DNA from: Acaryochloris marina S15
GTDB taxonomy: Bacteria; Cyanobacteriota; Cyanobacteriia; Thermosynechococcales; Thermosynechococcaceae
Reading direction: 5' to 3'
Assembly: GCF_018336915.1 (NCBI RefSeq)
Contig: NZ_CP064923.1
Span: 2,250,001-2,282,000, forward strand
DNA: 32,000 nt
Each line of letters starts with the position of its first letter. Within the stretch, counting starts at the first letter, position 1. The translations under genes and the position numbers were made by a program. The notes under the pieces were generated by a model. The model saw only the letters and a list, made by a program, of their open reading frames with translations, made no database searches and had not been told where the DNA came from. Below are positions 9,267-18,487 of this stretch, one piece after another.

Positions 9267-9636
9267 ATGGCTCCATAAAATGCCCTATTTATCATGAATA
9301 AATTGGGGCGTTTTAGTTTAGTGCCGCAAACGGGGCAATATGATTGGGTGGATTCAAATGCACCTAGGATTTAGCCTCCTGTGACGAAAAAACTGGGCTA
9401 AGTTAAGGTTTCACTCCATCCAGGAGGTATGACTCTAAACTTACTTCAAGTTCCTGCATGACGATTAGCAGCCAAGCGTAACAATCTCTTAATGAAATAG
9501 AGTATGAGCTGGTTATTGGGAAGAATCTAGAGATACTGAGGCAAAAAGACAAAATTTTAGCTAAGGTTTATTTGAAAAATTTAGATCGACCACACATTTA
9601 TCTTGTTTAGGTTGGTTTATCGATTGATATTCAGTT

Positions 9637-11445
9637 GTGAAACGTGATGGCAACATCGGGGGGGTTGGTATGCAGGCTAGTACGCAGATCTTGATGATTG
9701 AGGATGATGATCAAGATGCGGAGCTTGTGCGCAGATACTTGGCAGTCAAGCAGGCTTTCCCTGTCCAGATTGAGCGCAGCAAGACCTTGTCTGATGGCAT
9801 TAATCTTCTCAATCATAGGGAGGGCATTGACTTAATCCTGTTGGATTTGTGTTTATCTGATGCTCAAGGATTAGAGACGTTTTATCAGGTACATCAAGCT
9901 TTTCCAGCCAAGCCGCTCATTATTTTAAGCGGCAATACAGATCAATCCGTGGTGGAGGAGGCTCTACAAAAAGGAGCATTAGATTTTCTAGTAAAAGGGC
10001 AGTTCGATAGCACATCTCTTTGCCGTTCGGTTCAATATGCCCTGAAACAACCGCATCAATCTGTTGAGATTGGGTATCGAGATCTCACCCTTGATGCTCT
10101 AACACGACAGCTAAAAATCGCTCAACAGGAGCTAGAACGACTAGCGGAAGTGGACAAGGTCACCCGAGTATTTAACCGCTGCCGGTTTGATGAAGTTTAC
10201 CTGTCGGAATGGAACCGCTTGACGCGAGAAGGTTCTCATTTATCGTTGGTCCTGTGTGAAATTGATAATCTGCCGGCCTATCAAGAGCAACATGGGGCTG
10301 AAGCTTGCGATTACTGCTTGCAGCGAGTTGCTGAGGAAATTGCCAAAGTCGCTAGACGCCCTGCTGATTGTGTGGCTCGCTATAGTGGGCAAACCTTTAT
10401 GATTCTGCTGCCCAATACAGATTTAGCCGGCGCAACCTATCTCGCAGAAGCGATCCGCACGGGGGTACGGTCAGTGCCGTTCCCCCCTGAAGGGCTCGGT
10501 GTAACGAATTCTCCGATCACCCTGAGTTTAGGGGTGGCTTGTCAAATTCCTCGGGCAAAGGTTGCGCCTTCATTGCTGATTGAAGCAGTGCATCAAGCCC
10601 TCCATTTTGCTCGCGAACAAGGGAAAGATCGAGTCCAGATTCATCATACGGGTTGTGCAGATCCAGACTTGCACTCCAACCAGACCTTGCATTGGGTGAG
10701 CCGATTATTAAAGGCCTTAGACAAGGACCAATTCCAGCTCTATGCTCAGCCCATTTACCCCCTGAGTCGGGGGCAAAAGGCTTGCAGTTATGAGATTCTA
10801 TTGCGGTTACAGGATCAGCCTGGTATTGTTTGTTCCCCCAGTTTGTTTTTACCCATGGTGGAACAGTATGACTTTATGACTCGGATTGATCGATGGGTGA
10901 TCAAAAACTTGCTGGCTAATCTGGAAACGATGCCCTCTTTGGATGAGCTGGATGCTCGGTTCTTTATTCACCTGTCGAGTGCAACCTGCCGAAATGGAGA
11001 GCTGTTTGAGTTTTTGGATAAACAGTTCTCTCATTCCAATCGTCATGTGCAGCGATTCTGTTTTGAGGTGACTGAAAACGTAGCCCTGAGTCATTTGACA
11101 TCGGCGGTGGAATTGAGCCGTTTTCTCAAATCAATGGGATGTCAGATCGCTCTAGATAATTTTGGCAGTGATATGTCTGCTTTTATGAATTTGAAACATC
11201 TACCCGTCGATTTTGTGAAAATCGATGGGTTGCTGGTCCGAGATATTGCCCAAGATCAGATTTCTCGGGGCATTGTCGAGTCGATTCATAATGTGGCTAA
11301 GGTGATGGGGATGCAGACGATTGCGGAACATGTGGAGTCTGATGTCGTTCTGGATGCGATCTCAAGTGTGGGCATTGATTATGCTCAAGGGCACTACTAT
11401 GATCGTGCCAAGCCTTTACTCGATGTAGTGTCAGTGACTCGCTGA
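9637..11445 (+). CDS. response regulator with REC, degenerate GGDEF and EAL domains
   Basis: The ORF opens at GTG 9637, and ATG 9670 (MQASTQILMIEDD) is the likely start. REC: ILMIEDDDQDAEL...LILLDLCLSD. The GGDEF fold is present, but SGQTF replaces GG(D/E)EF, with RPAD five residues upstream. EAL-type motifs: YEILLRL, FEVTEN, LDNFGSD, VKIDG, AEHVES, QGHYY. Confidence 0.9.
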   Translation: MKRDGNIGGVGMQASTQILMIEDDDQDAELVRRYLAVKQAFPVQIERSKTLSDGINLLNHREGIDLILLDLCLSDAQGLETFYQVHQAFPAKPLIILSGNTDQSVVEEALQKGALDFLVKGQFDSTSLCRSVQYALKQPHQSVEIGYRDLTLDALTRQLKIAQQELERLAEVDKVTRVFNRCRFDEVYLSEWNRLTREGSHLSLVLCEIDNLPAYQEQHGAEACDYCLQRVAEEIAKVARRPADCVARYSGQTFMILLPNTDLAGATYLAEAIRTGVRSVPFPPEGLGVTNSPITLSLGVACQIPRAKVAPSLLIEAVHQALHFAREQGKDRVQIHHTGCADPDLHSNQTLHWVSRLLKALDKDQFQLYAQPIYPLSRGQKACSYEILLRLQDQPGIVCSPSLFLPMVEQYDFMTRIDRWVIKNLLANLETMPSLDELDARFFIHLSSATCRNGELFEFLDKQFSHSNRHVQRFCFEVTENVALSHLTSAVELSRFLKSMGCQIALDNFGSDMSAFMNLKHLPVDFVKIDGLLVRDIAQDQISRGIVESIHNVAKVMGMQTIAEHVESDVVLDAISSVGIDYAQGHYYDRAKPLLDVVSVTR

Positions 11446-11619
11446 ACTCTCTAGGGCTGGGAGTATTGTTCAGACTTTTTTTGTGACTCGTTTTTTTCAC
11501 CGAGCACAGATCCTGATTTCTATGATCTTCTGGGATTTAAGGTTGTAGGCTAAGTGTGGGACCCATGCTGATGGTTGCCCTTAACGGAAAGTCTGTAGAA
11601 CATACGCACGACATCTTTT

Positions 11620-12651
11620 ATGATCAGAAAAATTTCTTTTCTCTGTGCAGGTCTTCTGGTGGCATTGGCCCTGGGAAGCTGTAGTAGTTCTGAATCCGCC
11701 GGAGGCCGATTGCAGCAAGTTTTAGCCCAGAAAAAGGTGCGCTGCGGTATCAGCGGCGAGTTGCCGGGCTTTAGCTTTGTGGATGAAAAAGGCAATTATT
11801 CAGGACTAGATGTGGATATCTGTCGTGCGATCGCAGCTGCGTTATTTGATGATCCTGATGCGGTGGAGTATCGTCCTCTAAATGCCAAAGAACGATTTGC
11901 CGCAGTTCAAACTGGGGAGGTGGATGTTCTCAGCCGGAATACGACCTGGACCCTTGATCGAGATAGTTCAGTGCGGATGGCATTTGCATCTGTGGTGTTT
12001 TATGACGGCCAGCGCATAATGGTCAAAGCGGATAGCGGTATCAAGACTCTCAAAGATTTCAAAAATCGGACGGTTTGCACTCAGACCGGCACCACCAACG
12101 AAAAGAATTTAAAGGATCAAATGCGGAAGCGCAAGGTGGACTATAAGCTTGTGGTTTACGAAGATATTAATTCTGCCTATGCCGCCTATGCAGAAGGTCG
12201 TTGCGATGGTGTGACCTCTGATCGGTCCCAGCTCATCTCCCGCCGAACCTCACTGCCAAAGCCTAATAGTCATACCATTCTGGATGAGGTCTTATCTAAA
12301 GAACCCCTCGCACCTGCTGTTGCAGATGGGGATGTGGAGTGGGCTGATGTGGTCCGCTGGGTGGTCAATGCCACAATTGAAGCAGAAGAGTTGGGCATTC
12401 AACAAGATAATTTGGCGTCTTTTGCCGAAAGTGATGATCCCGTTGTTAAGCGCTTCTTGGGCATTGAGGAAGACCTAGGAGCCAGCTTAGGTTTGACCCC
12501 AGATTTTGCTGCCCGAGTGGTCAAGCATGTGGGTAACTACGGTGAAATTTACGATCGCAACTTGGGTCCTAATACTAAACTGAATGTGCCGAGAGGCGAG
12601 AATCAACTGTGGACTAAAGGGGGATTGTTATACTCTCCTCCATTTCGTTAG
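11620..12651 (+). CDS. amino-acid ABC transporter substrate-binding lipoprotein (AapJ/BztA/NatF-like), with no adjacent permease or ATPase genes
   Basis: Lipoprotein signal with a lipobox-like LALGSC. The type-3 periplasmic binding protein pattern is present (VRCGISGELPGFSF, GLDVDICRAIAAA, VDVLSRNTTWT). Confidence 0.85.
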   Translation: MIRKISFLCAGLLVALALGSCSSSESAGGRLQQVLAQKKVRCGISGELPGFSFVDEKGNYSGLDVDICRAIAAALFDDPDAVEYRPLNAKERFAAVQTGEVDVLSRNTTWTLDRDSSVRMAFASVVFYDGQRIMVKADSGIKTLKDFKNRTVCTQTGTTNEKNLKDQMRKRKVDYKLVVYEDINSAYAAYAEGRCDGVTSDRSQLISRRTSLPKPNSHTILDEVLSKEPLAPAVADGDVEWADVVRWVVNATIEAEELGIQQDNLASFAESDDPVVKRFLGIEEDLGASLGLTPDFAARVVKHVGNYGEIYDRNLGPNTKLNVPRGENQLWTKGGLLYSPPFR

Positions 12652-12708
12652 TGGGAGAGCTTAGGCTCTCTCGTACTCTACATAGAAAATCCTGTGTTTA
12701 GTGTTTTC

Positions 12709-13359
12709 CTAAGATCCTCTGGTGAAAGCCTGAGTTTCCAGGAGTAATGTTCTTGAATCGTTGAGCTGACCGACTAAGCAGAGCTTGACGTAGGAATTAT
12801 CTTGGACAAAGACTTTGAGGCCTTTGCTGGTTGAAGGGCTGTTCCCGCTGCCTGTACAGGTAGGATCTACGCTTGCGATCGCATCCACCAACGCATATGT
12901 GGACGGTCCAGCCAGTGCTGGTGCAATTTGCTGGCGATAAACAGTTCTTGGTCCTCTCCATATGGCACTCGCACTTTTCGGAGCCGTATAATAAGCAAAT
13001 TCAAATTCTTGCCTCGTGGCTCCTTCACCTTCGACTTTTGTTAGCTTAAACACTCCTAGATAATTAGGTCTCGAAGGAATATCACTGACTGATACCGACG
13101 TAGCAGTTTTAATATCATTGACGATAAAGTCTAAAGCTCTATTCAGTTCCGACTGTCGTTCTGCTTCAACTGTATTGCGTTCGTTGGCTCTCAAGAGCTG
13201 AATCAAACCAAGACCCGCTAGGGTAATCACCAAGCTCAGAATTAGGGATGCAACTAATAATTCTGGCAGTGTAAAGCCATTAGAACGGCCTCGATCAGGG
13301 AAAGTAGTTCTTGGTAAAAGCAAGACAAGCCTGACTGGCGGAGTTAAGGTCTTCTGCAT
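12709..13359 (-). CDS. prepilin-type N-terminal cleavage/methylation domain protein (minor pilin / pseudopilin)
   Basis: Class III signal G|FTLPELLVASLILSLVITLAGL with Glu at +5. Its start overlaps the upstream pilin gene by 16 nt. Confidence 0.8.
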   Translation of the reverse strand: MQKTLTPPVRLVLLLPRTTFPDRGRSNGFTLPELLVASLILSLVITLAGLGLIQLLRANERNTVEAERQSELNRALDFIVNDIKTATSVSVSDIPSRPNYLGVFKLTKVEGEGATRQEFEFAYYTAPKSASAIWRGPRTVYRQQIAPALAGPSTYALVDAIASVDPTCTGSGNSPSTSKGLKVFVQDNSYVKLCLVGQLNDSRTLLLETQAFTRGS

Positions 13360-13850
13360 TTGTCCACTCCCAAATCATAGTTGCCGGTACGCATAAGGCC
13401 AATTCCTGTAGAGATTGAGAGACATTTGGGCCTAACAGAACTATTAGGGATAGAAACCCATAGTGTAGTCCCTGGAGGGGTATATAATCCCTTGAAGTTG
13501 AAGGATATATCGTGAGGAGCGGAATGGTTATAGTAGATAGTTACATCTTCAATTTGGCGACTCCCTGTAACTAGGCAGTTTCCAGAAATACTTTGATCAA
13601 TCCCTTTTGGAATCGTGACAGTACAATCCTGACTTCGTTTGATGGCTTCCCTTTGGGTTTGCTTAATGGCCCCTTCAATTTTGGCGAGAGCATCATCCAC
13701 TTTTTTCTGATTGAGCCAACCCAAAAAACTGGGAGCGGATAAGGTCGCAAAGATACCAATAATGACGACTAGGACAATAGTTTCAGTTAGCGTGAAACCC
13801 ACTGCGGTCTGTTTGCGTCTTGGAGTGAAGGGATAATAGTGGTGTTTCAA
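13344..13850 (-). CDS. prepilin-type pseudopilin, GspH/FimT-like
   Basis: G|FTLTETIVLVVIIGIFATL with Glu at +5, about 168 aa, followed by a beta-rich C-terminal region. The upstream region is AT-rich. Confidence 0.8.
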   Translation of the reverse strand: MKHHYYPFTPRRKQTAVGFTLTETIVLVVIIGIFATLSAPSFLGWLNQKKVDDALAKIEGAIKQTQREAIKRSQDCTVTIPKGIDQSISGNCLVTGSRQIEDVTIYYNHSAPHDISFNFKGLYTPPGTTLWVSIPNSSVRPKCLSISTGIGLMRTGNYDLGVDKCRRP

Positions 13851-14090
13851 TTTTAATGATATTTAGTGAAAAACTTATATGAGTTGTAGAAGCATGACAC
13901 TCATTTTTGGAGGCAATAACTGTGCTTGATAGATTGTTTTTTACGTTTATATTCTGTCTCTTATCTTGTCTCAACTACAACAAACTTTATTTGACTTAAT
14001 AATTTTGCTCAAAAAACAAAAGTTTTGGGTGGACTGCTGAACGTGTGGCCTAGGCTCAATCGATATTGAAATTAATGTTGTTAGGCGTAA

Positions 14091-16085
14091 GTGCGGTCAA
14101 ACTCAGAATTCAGTACTGACTGGATAGACCCTGGCAAATCCCTTGTGAACCCTATGACGCGAACTATCGTAAATATGACTCGAAATTTGGCTCAGCCGTT
14201 CCCCTCTCCATTAGGACTATTCAAACGTCGTTGGTGGGTGCCCATTTTGGCAAGTGCCAGTGTGTGTCTGATCTTCGATGGAGTCGTACTGGAGCCATTT
14301 ACAACATCTTCTGATGGGAATAGCTCTGGTCGGGTATGGGCTCAAGCTCTTAATACACAACCCCTTAATCCCCGCATCAAAGTCAGTATTCAGCAGCGTT
14401 TTGGTCGCAAACCTACGGATAAACTGACGGTTCAAGCCCTTCCGGGGGACAAACTGACGCTTCAATTTACGACGGGTAAACAGCTACAGACCTTGACTAC
14501 GGATAAAGTAGAGTTTGCCATTACGCCCATTCCTTTAAAGCAGCCTCGATGGGAAGAACGGGTGGTCTTGAGTGTTCATCGTAGTTTTGAGACAGCCGAA
14601 ACTAAAGCGAATGAATTGAAGGCTTTGGGGATTCCGGTGGAAATTGCCCAGCCCAAGCAGTGGCAGGTATGGGCCAAGCGCGATCAATATCCCACCTCAG
14701 CCGATCGGATTTTATTAATCGATACCCTTAAGCAGCAAGGCTATGACAATGTATTTCTGCATCGGCGTCGATTACGTGACAAGCCTCAGCTTAGTTTTGT
14801 CACCAATGGGACTCAGTACAAACGCAGTATTGTCAGTATCACCAGCAAGAAACAGCAGTTTCAAGTGGGTGAAGCGTTGCACTACGGCAGTTTGAGGTTT
14901 CAGCCCAATACCTATGGGACCTATACCCTGGTGAATAAGGTGCCAACGGAAACCTATCTTCGGGGGGTTGTTCCCTATGAAATTGGTTTTAATGCACCCA
15001 CAACCGCCATTGAGGCGCAAACGATTATTGCCCGTACCTATGCATTACGTAACCTTAGGCGCTTTCAGATCGATGGGTATGAGTTATGTGCGGATACCCA
15101 ATGCCAAGTTTATAAAGGAATCGCTAAAACCGATCCCATCGTGGATCGTGCTATTAAAGCAACAACAGGACAGGTGCTAACCCACAAGGATGAATTAGTG
15201 GATGCCCTCTATTCTTCCACTACGGGTGGAGTGACGGCTGCTTTTCAGGAGGTTTGGGAGGGAACACCTCGACCTTACCTAACGGCTAAAATTGATGCCC
15301 TACCCCGAGGAACATGGGATTTAACCACTCGCAGCTTGGCGGAAGAGTCGAATTTGAAAGCTTTTATTAACCTTAAGCAAGGTTTTAATGAAGCGTCTTG
15401 GAAGACCTTTCGCTGGCAGACAGAAACGCCCATCACCGAACTCAATGGATTTTTGCGCAAATTTCTACGTCAGTCTAAGCATCCCTTGGCTAATTTCAAA
15501 ACCATTCAAAAGCTGGAAGTGATTGAGAGATCCCACGGTGGCAGGGTCCAGAAGCTGCAGGTCACAACGAACTTAGGCAGTCTGACCTTAACCAAGGATG
15601 ATATTTTACGGGGATTTGAAGCGCCCAATAGCTTGCTCTTTTACGTTGAGCCTAGGTATCAAACGGTGAAACCTCAACCTTCTCCCCCAGTAGACGCGAC
15701 TCAATCCAAACCAGAATCGATTTCATCGGTGCAGCCGATCCGTCCAACGGCGGCGGCTAAACCTCGGAAAATGCTCAAGGGATATGTCTTTGTTGGTGGG
15801 GGCTTTGGACATGGTGTGGGCCTGAGTCAGACGGGATCTTATCACCTGAGTAATTTAGGCTGGTCAGCGACTAAAATTCTCAATTTTTATTATCCTGGGA
15901 CAACAGTTCAACCGTTGAATGACAGCATTGTGTTTTGGCAGCAGCCATCTACTCCTGTGGTTCCTAGTCAATCGGTTCCCGCTGAACTCAAGCCGCAGAG
16001 CAATCAGGGTAACCGGCTCATTAGCCAGAAGATGCCGTTCCTGAAATCGTTCCAATGGGTCTTTGACTGGATACCTTTTTTGTAG
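14091..16085 (+). CDS. SpoIID/LytB-domain protein (peptidoglycan lytic transglycosylase/amidase-enhancer family)
   Basis: SpoIID signatures: QTIIARTYALRN, YELCADTQCQVYKG, ALYSSTTGGVTA, GFGHGVGLSQTGS. The start is uncertain (GTG 14091, ATG 14154 or ATG 14175). An N-terminal TM/signal segment is present (WWVPILASASVCLIF). Confidence 0.88.
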   Translation: MRSNSEFSTDWIDPGKSLVNPMTRTIVNMTRNLAQPFPSPLGLFKRRWWVPILASASVCLIFDGVVLEPFTTSSDGNSSGRVWAQALNTQPLNPRIKVSIQQRFGRKPTDKLTVQALPGDKLTLQFTTGKQLQTLTTDKVEFAITPIPLKQPRWEERVVLSVHRSFETAETKANELKALGIPVEIAQPKQWQVWAKRDQYPTSADRILLIDTLKQQGYDNVFLHRRRLRDKPQLSFVTNGTQYKRSIVSITSKKQQFQVGEALHYGSLRFQPNTYGTYTLVNKVPTETYLRGVVPYEIGFNAPTTAIEAQTIIARTYALRNLRRFQIDGYELCADTQCQVYKGIAKTDPIVDRAIKATTGQVLTHKDELVDALYSSTTGGVTAAFQEVWEGTPRPYLTAKIDALPRGTWDLTTRSLAEESNLKAFINLKQGFNEASWKTFRWQTETPITELNGFLRKFLRQSKHPLANFKTIQKLEVIERSHGGRVQKLQVTTNLGSLTLTKDDILRGFEAPNSLLFYVEPRYQTVKPQPSPPVDATQSKPESISSVQPIRPTAAAKPRKMLKGYVFVGGGFGHGVGLSQTGSYHLSNLGWSATKILNFYYPGTTVQPLNDSIVFWQQPSTPVVPSQSVPAELKPQSNQGNRLISQKMPFLKSFQWVFDWIPFL

Positions 16086-16123
16086 GGAGACTGCAGATTT
16101 AGATTGAGAATCAGAACTGAAGC

Positions 16124-17281
16124 TTAGGAGATGCGGGACACTGGCTGGGCTGTGGTTTCCGATTCTACGGAGACCACTGGGATATCTGGGGTAGATGCAG
16201 AATCGGGTGATACCATCCGCGATCGCAAACTGATCAACACTGTTTTAATCACCACAGCTGTCGGCACTGCAATGACAACCCCAATTAACCCGCCAGCTTT
16301 TGCACCAATCAAAATTGAAATGAACACCCAGGCTGGATTTAGCCCTGTCATGGTTCCCAAGATTTTGGGGGCTACCAAGTTATCTAAAATTTGCTGAACC
16401 ACCACTGCTGCAGCCAAAAGTTTGAGGCCCAGCCAGATATTTTGCAGGGTCACCAAACACGTCACTAGGATAATGCCGACGGTTCCTCCAAAAGGGATAA
16501 GAGCCATTGTGCCAATGGTGAGACCGAACAGCAGGCCAAAGGGCACTTTCAGAATTAAAAACGTGGGGACTAGAACTGAAGTCATACAGATGCCAAACAG
16601 CAGCTGACCAATAAAATAATTCTGGAAGCTAGACCGGAGGGTTTCGGAAACAGGCTGTTGACTTTCTTCGGGAAGCCAATCAATCAAACTGTCCCAGAGT
16701 GCATCACCATGCTGAAGTAGATAAAAGGTCAGGATAATCGTCACGAGGACATCGATTAGAATATCTAGAAGGCTGCTGACCGTTCCTAGGGCAATGTTGA
16801 GCAGACTTTTGGTAAGGGTTTGGAGTTGGCCCTGGAGCCGATCAAAGGCTTGGACGGCCAACACATCTAGATTTAGAGAGACCCCTCGTTCCTCCACTTG
16901 TTGGCTGAGCAAGATCAGCTGCTGGCGGCCTGATTCCAACCAGTCGGGTAAACGATTCGCTAGTTGTTGCGCCTGATTGAAGGCAATCGGAATCAGGACA
17001 ATGCCGATGCCAAAAAGAATGGAAATGGCCAACAACGCCACAATAATCGATGCGGGTTCTCGCCGCAGTCCCCGCTGGACGCACCAGCTCACCGGGTAGT
17101 TGAGGAGAAATGCCAGCAGCGACGCCACGACAATAATCCCGATTAACACCCCAAAGTAATTGGAGATAGACGCTAAAGTCCAAAAATTGAGGGCCAAAAT
17201 CGGTGCGGCTAAGCCGATCATTAGGAGGCGAGAGGGTACAGATAACTTCTGCCACCAATGAAAATAATTGGGTTTATCCAT
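16124..17281 (-). CDS. AI-2E family (PerM/UPF0118) transporter
   Basis: Polytopic membrane protein with the typical AI-2E layout. The ORF extends to 17356, but ATG at 17281 (MDKPNYFHWW) is the likely start. Confidence 0.8.
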   Translation of the reverse strand: MDKPNYFHWWQKLSVPSRLLMIGLAAPILALNFWTLASISNYFGVLIGIIVVASLLAFLLNYPVSWCVQRGLRREPASIIVALLAISILFGIGIVLIPIAFNQAQQLANRLPDWLESGRQQLILLSQQVEERGVSLNLDVLAVQAFDRLQGQLQTLTKSLLNIALGTVSSLLDILIDVLVTIILTFYLLQHGDALWDSLIDWLPEESQQPVSETLRSSFQNYFIGQLLFGICMTSVLVPTFLILKVPFGLLFGLTIGTMALIPFGGTVGIILVTCLVTLQNIWLGLKLLAAAVVVQQILDNLVAPKILGTMTGLNPAWVFISILIGAKAGGLIGVVIAVPTAVVIKTVLISLRSRMVSPDSASTPDIPVVSVESETTAQPVSRIS

Positions 17282-17392
17282 GCCTACTCTCCTGTACAGA
17301 GGAACACTTACAGCGAGGGAAGAATAATCTGAGCCAACCTTCCTGGTGATTGTCAACCACTAGGTCACTGCCGTCAAGCTGTTTCACCATGG

Positions 17393-18169
17393 TTAGTTCG
17401 GCACTGAAGAAGAGAGCAGAACTTCGATGCGTTCCCCAGGAGAAGGATTCAGCACGTGGGTCTCACAGCTATTCTCTTCCAGGCGCTCACGAAATTCATC
17501 AATCGTACCTTCCATAGTCAGCAATTTGTCCAATATGCCGCTGTATTCAACCTCACCCCCCGAGGCAGTCGGCAGAATAAATTGGGGTTGGAGCTTCTTG
17601 ATCACCTCTAGGGCAAAGTCTCCTCCTTGGATAAAAGGTCCCAGCAGCGGTAGTACTAAATCCTGAATAGGAGCAATAATCACATCCGCCGCTTCCAGCT
17701 GGTCGATGGCTGCAGCATGGAAACCGTGGGGTTCATAGTAGAGTCGGCTCTGGGATGCCTGGTCAGTGAGAACTAAGGCATTCTCAACTAGAAATGGTCC
17801 AATGGGTGAGCCGGGTAAGGCCTGAATTTGGAGGCGGTCTGCCCAAGTGATGGTCTCACCATGGGCAATACTAGTGACTTTGGTATAGCCTAGTTCTTCC
17901 ACTACTTTGGTGGCATTTTCAGAAGCAATGACCGGAATGGTGTGGTCTAACTGCTGCAAAGTAGGGACATGGGCATGATCGGGTAGCCCCTGGGAGAGCA
18001 AGATGAGATCAATCGAATCGGGAATATCGAGGGTCGTGGCGCGTTCACCTTTGAAGAACCAAGGCTGATTCCCAAAAACTAAAGGCCCAACCAACCAAGG
18101 ATCTAATAGAATCCGTTGTCCGGCTATTTCGATCAGCCAACTATTGGAATCCATCCAGGTTAAAAACAT
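17393..18169 (-). CDS. MBL-fold metallo-hydrolase family protein
   Basis: N-terminal beta-lactamase-fold pattern (RILLDPWLVGP, LILLSQGLPDHAH) and 258 aa. It lies just upstream of the AI-2E gene on the same strand. Confidence 0.7.
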   Translation of the reverse strand: MFLTWMDSNSWLIEIAGQRILLDPWLVGPLVFGNQPWFFKGERATTLDIPDSIDLILLSQGLPDHAHVPTLQQLDHTIPVIASENATKVVEELGYTKVTSIAHGETITWADRLQIQALPGSPIGPFLVENALVLTDQASQSRLYYEPHGFHAAAIDQLEAADVIIAPIQDLVLPLLGPFIQGGDFALEVIKKLQPQFILPTASGGEVEYSGILDKLLTMEGTIDEFRERLEENSCETHVLNPSPGERIEVLLSSSVPN

Positions 18170-18487
18170 TGTTACTTTAGGGAACTTAGTACATCTTCCA
18201 TGGTACGAAATTCCAGCTATCCCTTCACTATTTGCTGAAAATCAACTTTAGAAAGCAGTCAGTGGAGGTAGTTATAGGGGGGCTTCTAATTTCACCGAAC
18301 CAAGATACCCAACTCTGATGATGTTGGCATATCCAGAATTCTTGGCCTCATCAACTGGATGCCTGGAATTCTCTTAGATTGGCCCCACCTATGAGTTAAA
18401 TAGATTAGAGTAATGTAAAGAGAGGTTAAGTTGTTTGACCTAAGTTTAATCTAGTGTGTTGATGCCTAAGGCGATTGTAAGTAACCC

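Noticed and set aside
9267-9636. 370-bp intergenic region upstream of the REC-GGDEF-EAL gene, examined for tRNA, riboswitch or sRNA features
   Set aside because: I could see no cloverleaf-compatible arms, no T-loop consensus, no conserved riboswitch core and no stable hairpin. It is probably just a long promoter or leader.
11442-11500. Two T7 runs after the REC-GGDEF-EAL stop codon (CAGACTTTTTTTG and CTCGTTTTTTTCAC), as a possible intrinsic terminator
   Set aside because: The best preceding stem (CTGAAC/GTTCAG) is 6 bp with a 20-nt loop, and the second candidate needs a bulge. This is suggestive but not supportable without folding energies.
12655-12670. Hairpin GAGAGC-TTAG-GCTCTC between the convergent substrate-binding and pilin genes, as a possible bidirectional terminator
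   Set aside because: The stem is only 6 bp, and no U-tract follows on either strand.
16131-17258. ORFs 16131..16397, 16422..16607, 16794..16976, 16964..17146 (+) and 16842..17258 (-) overlapping the AI-2E transporter gene
   Set aside because: They are alternative frames or the antisense strand of a well-supported polytopic membrane protein gene. Their compositions are Arg/Pro-rich, as expected for out-of-frame translation.
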